Of a stretch of DNA of 64,000 nucleotides, positions 50,060 through 60,899 are shown piece after piece. Below the pieces are notes generated by a model. It did not search any database. It saw nothing but the letters and a program-made list of their open reading frames with translations, and had not been told where the DNA came from. Within the stretch, counting starts at the first letter, position 1, and the number at the start of each line of letters is the position of its first letter. A program made the position numbers and the translations under genes. The stretch spans positions 417,636 through 481,635 of the forward strand of contig CDMY01000336.1 of the NCBI GenBank assembly GCA_001179505.1. The letters run 5' to 3'. This DNA is from Vitrella brassicaformis CCMP3155 (Eukaryota > Protista > Chromerida).

Positions 50060-52020
50060 AGGGCCCTGGTGGTTGAGCAGCTGCTGCAGGGGGTGCAGAT
50101 GATGAGCGGCCGATCTTGCCCGCGGCCGCGGCGGCCAGTGTACAGGATGGATTCATCTACCAAATCAGATTTGCAGAGGCAGCCTGTGTATGTGTGTCTG
50201 TGTGTTTGTGCGTGTATGCTCACGACAGTGCAGAGTTTCTGTGGGGTTGTGTCGTCGAAGGGGCAAGGGCCGTCCGACCAGCATCAGGTCTCTACATGTA
50301 CTACACGCAGTAACGCACAAGCGGGGAGGCCAGGGCATCCACCTGGATGTGTGTGTGTGTGTGTCAGTTGTCTGCGTACAGGCAAACGCCAGCGGCCCAG
50401 ATGTCGCCGGCAGGGCTCCACTTGCTCGCCCAGTCTGCCAGGTAGACCTCAGGGGCCTGACGCAACGAATACAGGACAAGAGATTAGATACATGGACACA
50501 TGCGTGAGGTCTGTTGTGCTTCGCTCCCCTGCAAACTCACTCGGAAGCCGTCAGCACCAGGGAGGAAGCTCGTGGGTGGCGGCGGACGGTTGACGAATAC
50601 ACACGAGTCGAAGTCGACCAGTATGGCCCCCTGATCGGTCAGGACGATGTTGTTGGGCTTGACATCCCGGTGCACCAACTGACACATGCACCCGCACACA
50701 CAGATAGGCCTGCCTATCTTCCGACCAGCACCCACCCCACCACCCCCGACCTCCCCAGCGGCCACCTGTCCGGTGTATAGGGTGTCGAGCGCCGTCAGCA
50801 GCCCAAACGCTATCTCCTTACACATGGCGTCAGGCACGCGCCCCCCGACCTTCGTCAGGTCCTTGACAACCTTGGCCATCGTCTCGCCCTGGGCGTGCCC
50901 CATCACGATATAGAAGTACAACGAGTCCTCCAGCACCTTCACACACGAGAGGTGCAGGTTGACTCATGGACAGATATGCTTGTGCACTGACCTCGATGAC
51001 CTCTGCCAGATAGGGAGAGTTCCACTTAGAGACGGCCTCGTAGACCTGTTGCGTGTACCAGGGTGGCGCCACCGGCCTGATGGATGGATAGGTAGAAGCA
51101 GCCACATGCAGTCAGTCGTGGCACACTCAGGCGGCTGCTATGCGGGCTCACTGCTGCTGCATCTTGTTGAGCCGTTTGATGAGAACTGGTAGCATTGTGT
51201 CCATCCTCTTGCCCCGCCAGAGGTTCCCATAGCTGCACTCACACACACACACACACACACACACCGGTTTTTTTGTGGCTGTGCGGTGTGGGGAGACGGG
51301 GGGCGGGGAGGGAGCGGTGGTGGTGCCACTCGGTGACTGTCGACTGGGGACACACAAACAAACATTGAAAGAGTGTGTGTCTCTTTCTCTGTGTGGGTCT
51401 GTCTGTCTGGCCACAAGTAGATGAACCTACCTGCGGCTCCTCCAACTCCCGTATTTTGGCCTTCAGGCCACTGATGATATCCAGCAGCTTCTTCTGCAGT
51501 CAGGACACCATACACACGCACCCAGACAGACAGATGACAAGGTGTGCCGTATAGGAGTCCTGACATGTATGTGCCCACCTGGTTCGCCCGCGCCGCCATA
51601 TTCTTGTTCGACTTGAGCAGCTTGTTTATGCCCTCCACCGCCCCCTTGTGCATGTCCTGCCAGATATAACAGCTCTCTGCACGCCACACAGACAGTATAC
51701 AGCGCGCGTGCAGGCAAACAGGCAATGGGGGCGACGCTGTTGTTGGTTCTCACCCCTCGCATGCTCCCGACCCTCGTACAGCCTAAGCCATTCCCTCCGC
51801 AGCACTCGCCAATCGTCTTGCTCAGCCTCGTCTTTCCTCCTGTAACTTTCGAACTCTGCGACACACACACACACATCATGGCCACGCTCCGTCGCCTACA
51901 GAACAGAGCTTCTCCCTCCCGCCTTTGTTGCAGGCGTGCAACGTCTGACTCCCTCACCGCCGCATACACACTTACCCTCCAGTATCTGCCGCCTCTTCTC
52001 TGCCTTCCGGCGCCAGCTTG
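50060..52020 (-). pseudogene. Coiled-coil cassette U8 spliced in frame to a Ser/Thr protein kinase domain; C-lobe disrupted
   Basis: ..LKAKIRELEEPQ | STVTD | YGNLWRGKRMDTMLPVLIKRLNK | ..YLAEVIE | VLEDSLYFYIVMGHAQG..EIAFGLLTALDTL | LVHRDVKPNNIVL..ILVDFDSC..GADGFR | APEVYL..GDIWAAGVCLY. Frameshift between MLVG and PFDD (about 50255-50275) and in-frame TAG at 50157-50159. Confidence 0.75.
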
Positions 52021-52439
52021 GTCTGCACTCAGGACACCACACACACGCACCCAGACAGACAGATGAGAAGGCGTGCCGCATAGTGTTCTCCTCTTCCGCT
52101 GCGGGGGCGATGGGGGCCGTAGCATCAAATAGAACTGGGGTGGTGGTGGTAGTGGTGGTGGTGGCTGGGGCCTCCTGCAGACGGCTCGGTGTCGCAGGGG
52201 CAGCGGCTTCATCACCGCGGCGGCAGCCAGGGGGGGCGCCACAACCACGCGGTATCGAGCCGCGAGTTTGGCGTCGTTTTGGGCTGCCGTACCGCCGTCC
52301 TCCTTCTTGGCGCCGAGGGGGTCTTTGTGTTGTCGGCGCACCATATCCTCCTGCTGATGAAAGGCCGGACATCGGTGTGGTGTTCGTCTGTGTCTCTGGC
52401 GTACGCACCTGTCTGAGAAGGTCGGGGCCGCTGGGGAGG

Positions 52440-55400
52440 GGCGGGATGGTACACTGCAGACAAGAGACGGCAGAATATAAAATGTGGGCAGCGATAGTGA
52501 TGGACAATCAGCCCTCTCCTGGGCCTTCAACTCCTTCACACCTGACACACACAGAGAGGGAGAGAAATGCTCATTCTGCTAAGCACTCACATTCCCTCTC
52601 CCTCTCCCTGCCATGCAATGAAATGCATGGAATGGGATGATAGTGTCATGCTTCTGTCTTGGTCGTCAAGTCCTGACACAGGCAGACAGGACCACATAGA
52701 GAAAGAGGGAAGACGCATCACATATGTGGCCGTTCTGTGTGGTGCTATGATGTGGCTNNNNNNNNNNNNNNNNNNNNNNNNNNNNNNNNNNNNNNNNNNN
52801 NNNNNNNNNNNNNNNNNNNNNNNNNNNNNNNNNNNNNNNNNNNNNNNNNNNNNNNNNNNNNNNNNNNNNNNNNNNNNNNNNNNNNNNNNNNNNNNNNNNN
52901 NNNNNNNNNNNNNNNNNNNNNNNNNNNNNNNNNNNNNNNNNNNNNNNNNNNNNNNNNNNNNNNNNNNNNNNNNNNNNNNNNNNNNNNNNNNNNNNNNNNN
53001 NNNNNNNNNNNNNNNNNNNNNNNNNNNNNNNNNNNNNNNNNNNNNNNNNNNNNNNNNCCCCCCCCCTGAGTCTGGGGAGGTGTGGTCCTGTTGGTGGTGG
53101 GGGCCGCAGCCCTCACCGCCAACAGCCGCAGCCCCGCTTCTACTGCGGGGGCGATGGGGGCGGTATCATCACTGGCAGGTAGAAGTGGGGTGGCACTGGG
53201 GTGATGGTGGGGGTGGCTGGGGCCTCCTGCAGACCGCTCGGTGGCCCAGGGGGAGCGGCTTCGTCACCGGCGGCAGCCAGGGGGGCATCGAGCCGCGAGT
53301 TTGGCGTCGTTTTGGGCTGCCGCCCCGCCGTCCTCCTTCTTGGCGCCGAGGGGGTCCTTGTGTTGGTCGGCGCACCATCTCCTCCTGCTGACGTCAGGTG
53401 ACAAATACGTGTGTGGTGTTCGTCTGTGTCTCTGGCGTACGCACCTGTCTGAGAAGGTCGGGGCCGCTGGGGAGGGGCGGGGTGGTACACTCCAGACAAC
53501 AGACGGCAGAATATAAAATGTGGGCAGCGATATTGATGGACAATCAGCCCTCTGAGACTCCTGGGCCTTCAACCCTTTCACACCTGACACACACAGAGAG
53601 GGAGAGAAATGCTCATTCTGCAAAGCATTCACATTCCCTCTCCCTCTCCCTGCCATGCAATGAAATGCCATGGAATGGGATGATGGTGTCATGCTTCTGT
53701 CTTGGTCGTCAAGTCCTGACACAGGCAGACAGGACCACACAGAGAGAGGGAAGACGCATCACATATGTGGCCGTTCTGTGTGGTGCTATGATGTGGCTAC
53801 AGACACTTACAGCGATTGTAGTTTGGGGGCACATCCGAAAGCTGGCGGATTGACGTCGACCCGGATGCGCTGGGCTAGCAGCCCCTTGGTGCCCCTCTTG
53901 GCGATTATGTCGAGGGCGGCGGAGTCGATGGTCTTGTGGTGGCGCGCTGCGGTGGTCAGGGTGCGGCAGGGAATGTGCGCGGCGGGGAGCGAAGCAGCGA
54001 TCCTGCACACACACACACATAACACACACACACAAATGATGGAGGGGTGGGGTGTGTGGAGGGGGTGGGGTATTGGTGGAGGGTTCACACATACAGTAAG
54101 TACATAAATACCGTGTGGCGACTCTGCCGAGGAAGACAGTGGCAAATCTGACCCGATTGCCACTCGGTGACATACGCCTCCACCACAGGGGACGTGCAGC
54201 TCAGGACAGGGGGGCTGCAGCACTCCAGCCTGTCTGCCGCCAGCATCGCCACGTGAGCTCCTAACTGCGCCTACACCACACACACACACACACACAGACA
54301 TTCTGTTTGTCTGTCTGTCTGCGTGCGGGCTTGTCTCTCTGTCTCTCTGTCTGTGTGTCGCCTCGCCTCGCCTCGCCCACCAGGTCAGAGATGAGGGCCG
54401 TTCTGGGTGTCTTGACGGCAAAGGATCGACTCCGGGGGTGGACGTGGGTGGACAAAGTTGATCATACGATACACGGACTGCATGCCATGCATCAAACAGC
54501 CAACCAGCGACACACACACACACATAAAAGAAGCTGCACTGGACACCATTCCCNNNNNNNNNNNNNNNNNNNNNNNNNNNNNNNNNNNNNNNNNNNNNNN
54601 NNNNNNNNNNNNNNNNNNNNNNNNNNNNNNNNNNNNNNNNNNNNNNNNNNNNNNNNNNNNNNNNNNNNNNNNNNNNNNNNNNNNNNNNNNNNNNNNNNNN
54701 NNNNNNNNNNNNNNNNNNNNNNNNNNNNNNNNNNNNNNNNNNNNNNNNNNNNNNNNNNNNNNNNNNNNNNNNNNNNNNNNNNNNNNNNNNNNNNNNNNNN
54801 NNNNNNNNNNNNNNNNNNNNNNNNNNNNNNNNNNNNNNNNNNNNNNNNNNNNNAATGCTCATTCTGCTAAGCACTCACATTCCCTCTCCCTCTCCCTGCC
54901 ATGCAATGAAATGCATGGAATGGGATGATAGTGTCATGCTTCTGTCTTGGTCGTCAAGTCCTGACACAGGCAGACAGGACCACATAGAGAAAGAGGGAAG
55001 ACGCATCACATATGTGGCCGTTCTGTGTGGTGCTATGATGTGGCTTCAGACACTTACAGCGATATGTAGTTTAGGGGCACATCCGAAAGCTGGCGGATTG
55101 ACGTCGACCCGAATGCGCTGGGCTAGCAGCCCCTTGGTGCCCCTCTTGGCGATTATGTCGAGGGCGGCGGAGTCGATGGTCTTGTGGTGGCGCGCTGCGG
55201 TGGTCAGGGTGCGGCAGGGAATGTGCGCGGCGGGGAGCGAAGCAGCGATCCTGCACACACACACACATAACACACACACACAAATGATGGAGGGGTGGGG
55301 TGTGTGGAGGGGGTGGGGTATTGGTGGAGGGTTCACACATACAGTAAGTACATAAATACCGTGTGGCGACTCTGCCGAGGAAGACAGTGGCAAATCTGAC

Positions 55401-58400
55401 CCGATTGCCACTCGGTGACATACGCCTCCACCACAGGGGACGTGCAGCTCAGGACAGGGGGGCTGCAGCACTCCAGCCTGTCTGCCGCCAGCATCGCCAC
55501 GTGAGCTCCTAACTGCGCCTACACCACACACACACACACACACACACAGACATTCTGTTTGTCTGTCTGTCTGNNNNNNNNNNNNNNNNNNNNNNNNNNN
55601 NNNNNNNNNNNNNNNNNNNNNNNNNNNNNNNNNNNNNNNNNNNNNNNNNNNNNNNNNNNNNNNNNNNNNNNNNNNNNNNNNNNNNNNNNNNNNNNNNNNN
55701 NNNNNNNNNNNNNNNNNNNNNNNNNNNNNNNNNNNNNNNNNNNNNNNNNNNNNNNNNNNNNNNNNNNNNNNNNNNNNNNNNNNNNNNNNNNNNNNNNNNN
55801 NNNNNNNNNNNNNNNNNNNNNNNNNNNNNNNNNNNNNNNNNNNNNNNNNNNNNNNNNNNNNNNNNNNNNNNNNGCGGGATGGTACACTGCAGACAAGAGA
55901 CGGCAGAATATAAAATGTGGGCAGCGATAGTGATGGACAATCAGCCCTCTCCTGGGCCTTCAACTCCTTCACACCTGACACACACAGAGAGGGAGAGAAA
56001 TGCTCATTCTGCTAAGCACTCACATTCCCTCTCCCTCTCCCTGCCATGCAATGAAATGCATGGAATGGGATGATAGTGTCATGCTTCTGTCTTGGTCGTC
56101 AAGTCCTGACACAGGCAGACAGGACCACATAGAGAAAGAGGGAAGACGCATCACATATGTGGCCGTTCTGTGTGGTGCTATGATGTGGCTTCAGACACTT
56201 ACAGCGATATGTAGTTTAGGGGCACATCCGAAAGCTGGCGGATTGACGTCGACCCGAATGCGCTGGGCTAGCAGCCCCTTGGTGCCCCTCTTGGCGATTA
56301 TGTCGAGGGCGGCGGAGTCGATGGTCTTGTGGTGGCGCGCTGCGGTGGTCAGGGTGCGGCAGGGAATGTGCGCGGCGGGGAGCGAAGCAGCGATCCTGCA
56401 CACACACACACACACACACACACAAATGAGGGAGGGGTGGGGTGTGTGGAGGGGGTGGGGTATTGGTGGAGGGTTCACACATACAGTAAGTACACACATA
56501 CCGTGTGGCGACTCTGCCGAGGAAGACAGTGGCAAATCTGACCCGATTGCCACTCGGTGACATACGCCTCCACCACAGGGGACGTGCAGCTCAGGACAGG
56601 GGGGCTGCAGCACTCCAGCCTGTCTGCCGCCAGCATCGCCACGTGAGCTCCTAACTGCGCCTACACCACACACACACACACACACACACAGACATTCTGT
56701 TTGTCTGTCTGTCTGTCTGCGTGCGGGCTTGTCTCTCTGTCTCTCTGTCTGTGTGTCGCCTCGTCTCGCCTCGCCCACCAGGTCAGAGATGAGGGCCGTT
56801 CTGGGTGTCTTGACGGCAAAGGATCGACTCCGGGGGTGGACGTGGGTGGACAAAGTTGATCATACGATACACGGACTGCATGCCATGCATCAAACAGCCA
56901 ACCAGCGACACACACACACACATAAAAGAAGCTGCACTGGACACCATTCCCCCCAGCATAGTGCCCCCTGCCCACCTTACTTACCTTTTGTGTGTCGTGG
57001 TCAGCTTTGGCCTTTGCGTCACGGGCCGCCTGCAAGTCCCTCTCTAGTGCGGCTACCTGCAGACGCAGACGTGGGGTGAAAGAGGAAGGGGCATCGATCA
57101 GACAGATGAAGGAGGTCGATGGGTGAAGCATTCGCCCAAGTGTGTGTCTACCTTATTGGTCTCGCTGCGGGCCTTCTGTAGTTCCTCGCGGAGGGCACGG
57201 TTCAACTGCTCCAGCTGAAGAGCGACATTAGTTAGCAACGCAATGAATGGGGGCTTCCGTGTGTGTGTTTGTGACCTGTTTGGTCTCAGCCTGTGGTGTT
57301 CGTCTGTGTCTCTGGCGTACGCACCTGTCTGAGAAGGTCNNNNNNNNNNNNNNNNNNNNNNNNNNNNNNNNNNNNNNNNNNNNNNNNNNNNNNNNNNNNN
57401 NNNNNNNNNNNNNNNNNNNNNNNNNNNNNNNNNNNNNNNNNNNNNNNNNNNNNNNNNNNNNNNNNNNNNNNNNNNNNNNNNNNNNNNNNNNNNNNNNNNN
57501 NNNNNNNNNNNNNNNNNNNNNNNNNNNNNNNNNNNNNNNNNNNNNNNNNNNNNNNNNNNNNNNNNNNNNNNNNNNNNNNNNNNNNNNNNNNNNNNNNNNN
57601 NNNNNNNNNNNNNNNNNNNNNNNNNNNNNNNNNNNNNNNGGTTCACACATACAGTAAGTACATAAATACCGTGTGGCGACTCTGCCGAGGAAGACAGTGG
57701 CAAATCTGACCCGATTGCCACTCGGTGACATACGCCTCCACCACAGGGGACGTGCAGCTCAGGACAGGGGGGCTGCAGCACTCCAGCCTGTCTGCCGCCA
57801 GCATCGCCACGTGAGCTCCTAACTGCGCCTACACCACACACACACACACACACAGACATTCTGTTTGTCTGTCTGTCTGCGTGCGGGCTTGTCTCTCTGT
57901 CTCTCTGTCTGTGTGTCGCCTCGCCTCGCCTCGCCCACCAGGTCAGAGATGAGGGCCGTTCTGGGTGTCTTGACGGCAAAGGATCGACTCCGGGGGTGGA
58001 CGTGGGTGGACAAAGTTGATCATACGATACACGGACTGCATGCCATGCATCAAACAGCCAACCAGCGACACACACACACACATAAAAGAAGCTGCACTGG
58101 ACACCATTCCCCCCAGCATAGTGCCCCCTGCCCACCTTACTTACCTTTTGTGTGTCGTGGTCAGCTTTGGCCTTTGCGTCACGGGCCGCCTGCAAGTCCC
58201 TCTCTAGTGCGGCTACCTGCAGACGCAGACGTGGGGTGAAAGAGGAAGGGGCATCGATCAGACAGATGAAGGAGGTCGATGGGTGAAGCATTCGCCCAAG
58301 TGTGTGTCTACCTTATTGGTCTCGCTGCGGGCCTTCTGTAGTTCCTCGCGGAGGGCACGGTTCAACTGCTCCAGCTGAAGAGCGACATTAGTTAGCAACG

Positions 58401-58700
58401 CAATGAATGGGGGCTTCCGTGTGTGTGTGTGTGTGTGTGTGACCTGTTTGTTCTCAGCCTGTGGTGTTCGTCTGTGTCTCTGGCGTACGCACCTGTCTGA
58501 GAAGGTCGGGGCCGCTGGGGAGGGGCGGGATGGTACACTCCAGACAACAGACGGCAGAATATAAAATGTGGGCAGCGATATTGGTGGACAATCAGCCCTC
58601 TCCTGGGCCTTCAACTCCTTCACACCTGACACACACAGAGGGGGAGAGAAATGCTCATTCTGCAAAGCATTCACATTCTCTCTGCGTGTGTGCATGCGTA
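52440..58700 (-). repeat. Head-to-tail tandem repeat of a ~1.48-kb unit (AT-rich core, coiled-coil exons, Tgs1-like 3' exons); at least 4 partial copies separated by gaps
   Basis: Matching segments at 53.5-54.55, 54.85-55.57, 55.87-57.34 and 57.64-58.7 kb. Exons LEQLNRALREELQKARSETNK, VAALERDLQAARDAKAK and SFAVKTPRTALISDL recur. Small differences between copies (e.g. aatgatggagg vs aatgagggagg). Confidence 0.75.
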
Positions 58701-60650
58701 CATGCGTCTTTCTCCGCTGTATGTCTGTGGGGCGGTGGGGCTGCTCTTGGACGGGGGGCGGTGAGGAGGTGCTGCTGCTGGTGGCTGGCGACTGAGTGGA
58801 CACAAATAAACAAGGAAAGAGTGTGTCTGCCTATTTCTCTGTGTGGGTCTAGCTGTCTGGCCACAAGTAGATAGACGTACCTGCCACTCGAGCTCCTTTA
58901 TTTTTGCCTCTAGGCCGTCAATCCTCTCCAGCAGCTTTCTCTGCACTCAGGACACCACACCATACAAACACATTCAGACAGACAGACAGACAGATGAGAA
59001 TGTGTGCCGTATACGGCTGTGTCGACACATATGTACCCACCTGGTTGGCGTTGGCCCTCTCACAGATGGACCTCCTGCTCTTGAGCAGATTGCAGATGCC
59101 GTCCACAGCCCCGTTGTGCAGGTCCCGCAACGTCTTGCACCGCTCTGCACGCCACACAGACAGGACAATGCGACGCGTATGGATGCTGGCAGGGAGGCAG
59201 GCAGGCAGTGGGTTCGATGCTGGTGTTGTGTCCTCACCAGACAGATACTTCCTGTCCTCGTACAGCTTGATGAGGGCCACGTCGTCGTATTTCCTTATCT
59301 CTGCAGCATACACAGACAGCGCATACCATCATGGCCACGTTCCCTCCCACAGAGCAGAGCTCCTCCCTCCCTCCCGCCTCTCTTGCGAGTGTGCAACGTC
59401 ACTCACTCCCCGCACAAATGCTCACCGACTAGCACCTCCCCCTTGGCGCCGATACGGGGCTGGATGACGTTCTTGTCCTGCCCCTCCGACACGGGGCGCC
59501 GCCCGTTGCCGACACGGGGCGGCATCGGCTGCGCCTTACCAATCCCCTCTCCACCCGTACCTGTCACCCCCAGTCCCACTCCATCTCTGGGCGACAGGGC
59601 GGTGTCAGCGAGTGCTGCTGCTGCCGCTGCTGCTGCTGTCGCTGTGCCATGACGTGTAGGCGAGTTGCCGTCGCTGATGCCGTCGATGAGGCTTAAGCGT
59701 CGCTACTCCTTGAGGACGTCCAGCTCGGCCACACGCAGCCGCTGCACCATCTCTTCCGTGTCGGTCTGGGTGTGGGTGTCGGGGGCGTGTGAGGGGGGGT
59801 ATGGCATTGGGGCAGGCAGGAGTGGGATGGGTGGTGGCTGGGGGGTGGTCTGCTGTTTCTCCCTCTCCCTCAGGGTTTCCTCCGTCTGCCGCAGCTCAGA
59901 TTCCAGGCGCTGGATGCGGTCATCACGCGCCGCAGACACTCACGGAGCGCGCGCTCAGCCAGTCCCTGCCCCTCGAGCTTGTCCTCCCCAACAGCCTCAT
60001 GCCCCTCTCCCTCTTTTCCTTCACCCTGACTCATAGCAGCTGCTTCAATCGGGGCTTGGGGCTGCTCTTGGAGGGGGACGGGGAGGCGGGTGGTGAGGAG
60101 GTGGTGCTGCTGGTGGTGGGCGACTGGGTGGACACAAACAAACATACAAACAACGAAAGAGTGTGTGTGTCTCTTTCTCTGTGTGTGTCTGGCTGTCTGG
60201 CCACAAGTAGATGAATGTACCTGCTGCTGTTCCAACTCCCGTAGCTTGGCTTTGAGGCCGCTGATGATATCGAGCAGCTTCTTCTGCTCGCAGGACACCA
60301 CACACACGCACCCAGACAGACAGATGACAAGGTGTGCCGCATAGGAGTCCGCTGACATATATGTGCCCACCTGGTTTGCCTGCGCTGTTTCTGCCATTTT
60401 CTTGTTTGACTCTAGTAGATTCTCGATGCCCTCCACGGCCCCCTTGTGCATGTCCTGCCAAATGTAGCAGCTCTCTGTACGCCACACAGACAGTATACAG
60501 CGCGCATGCAGGCAGGCAGGCAATGGGGGCGACGCTGTTGTTGGTTCTCACCTCTCGTATGCTCCCGCTCCTCATACAGCCTCAGCCATTCCCTCCTCAC
60601 GACGAGCCCAGTGGGGTCCTCCCTCTCATAACTTTCAAACTCTGTGACAC
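58700..60650 (-). pseudogene. Coiled-coil cassettes U10 and U9 joined by a long linker exon carrying one in-frame TAG
   Basis: U10 (60650-60220, U2 type), then linker ..RIQRLESELRQTEETLRE..ELDVLKE*RRLSLID..QPRIGAKGEVLV (stop 59703-59705), then a phase-1 donor matching U9 EIRKYDDVALIK (59310-58880). Confidence 0.5.
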
Positions 60651-60899
60651 ACCCACACACACATCATGACCACGCTTCGTCGCCTACAGAACAGAGCTTC
60701 TCCCTCTCGCCGTTCTTGCAGGTGCGCAACGTCTGACTCCCTCACCGCCGCATTCACGCTTACCGCTCAGTGTATGGCGCCTCTTACATGCTGCGGACGA
60801 CTGTGAGTCCACGCGGCCATTTCTTTCTCTGACGGACTCTCCTTTTCCCTGAACTTGCAGATGCCTCCTCCTCGTCGATCTCATCGTGCTCGTCCTTAG

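Larger units (their letters stand above)
22502..57639. other. Eight scaffold gaps of about 300 N: 22502-22801, 25365-25664, 41411-41710, 42318-42617, 52758-53057, 54554-54853, 55574-55873, 57340-57639
   Basis: Uniform length suggests placeholder gaps. All fall in duplicated sequence, and several abut poly-C runs. Confidence 0.95.
37520..58579. repeat. Dispersed ~37-bp AT-rich core, 10 copies
   Basis: gacaagagacggcagaatataaaatgtgggcagcgat or close variants at about 37520, 41157, 42053, 43492, 46999, 49858, 52459, 53495, 55892 and 58543, all in the same orientation. Confidence 0.9.

Noticed and set aside
56510-56560. SGNRVRFATVFLG as the Tgs1 C-terminal strand
   Set aside because: It resembles the recalled ..NKLKTITAYFG motif, but stops close the frame upstream and another frameshift would be needed. 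Kept only as weak support.
22374-58291. Long ORFs containing X runs (e.g. 24848..25732, 53807..54874, 57098..58291)
   Set aside because: They read through N gaps and are not real ORFs.
37520-58579. CRISPR-like reading of the ~37-bp repeated core
   Set aside because: Spacing is kilobases and irregular, the spacers are homologous gene modules, the context is eukaryotic and no cas genes are present.
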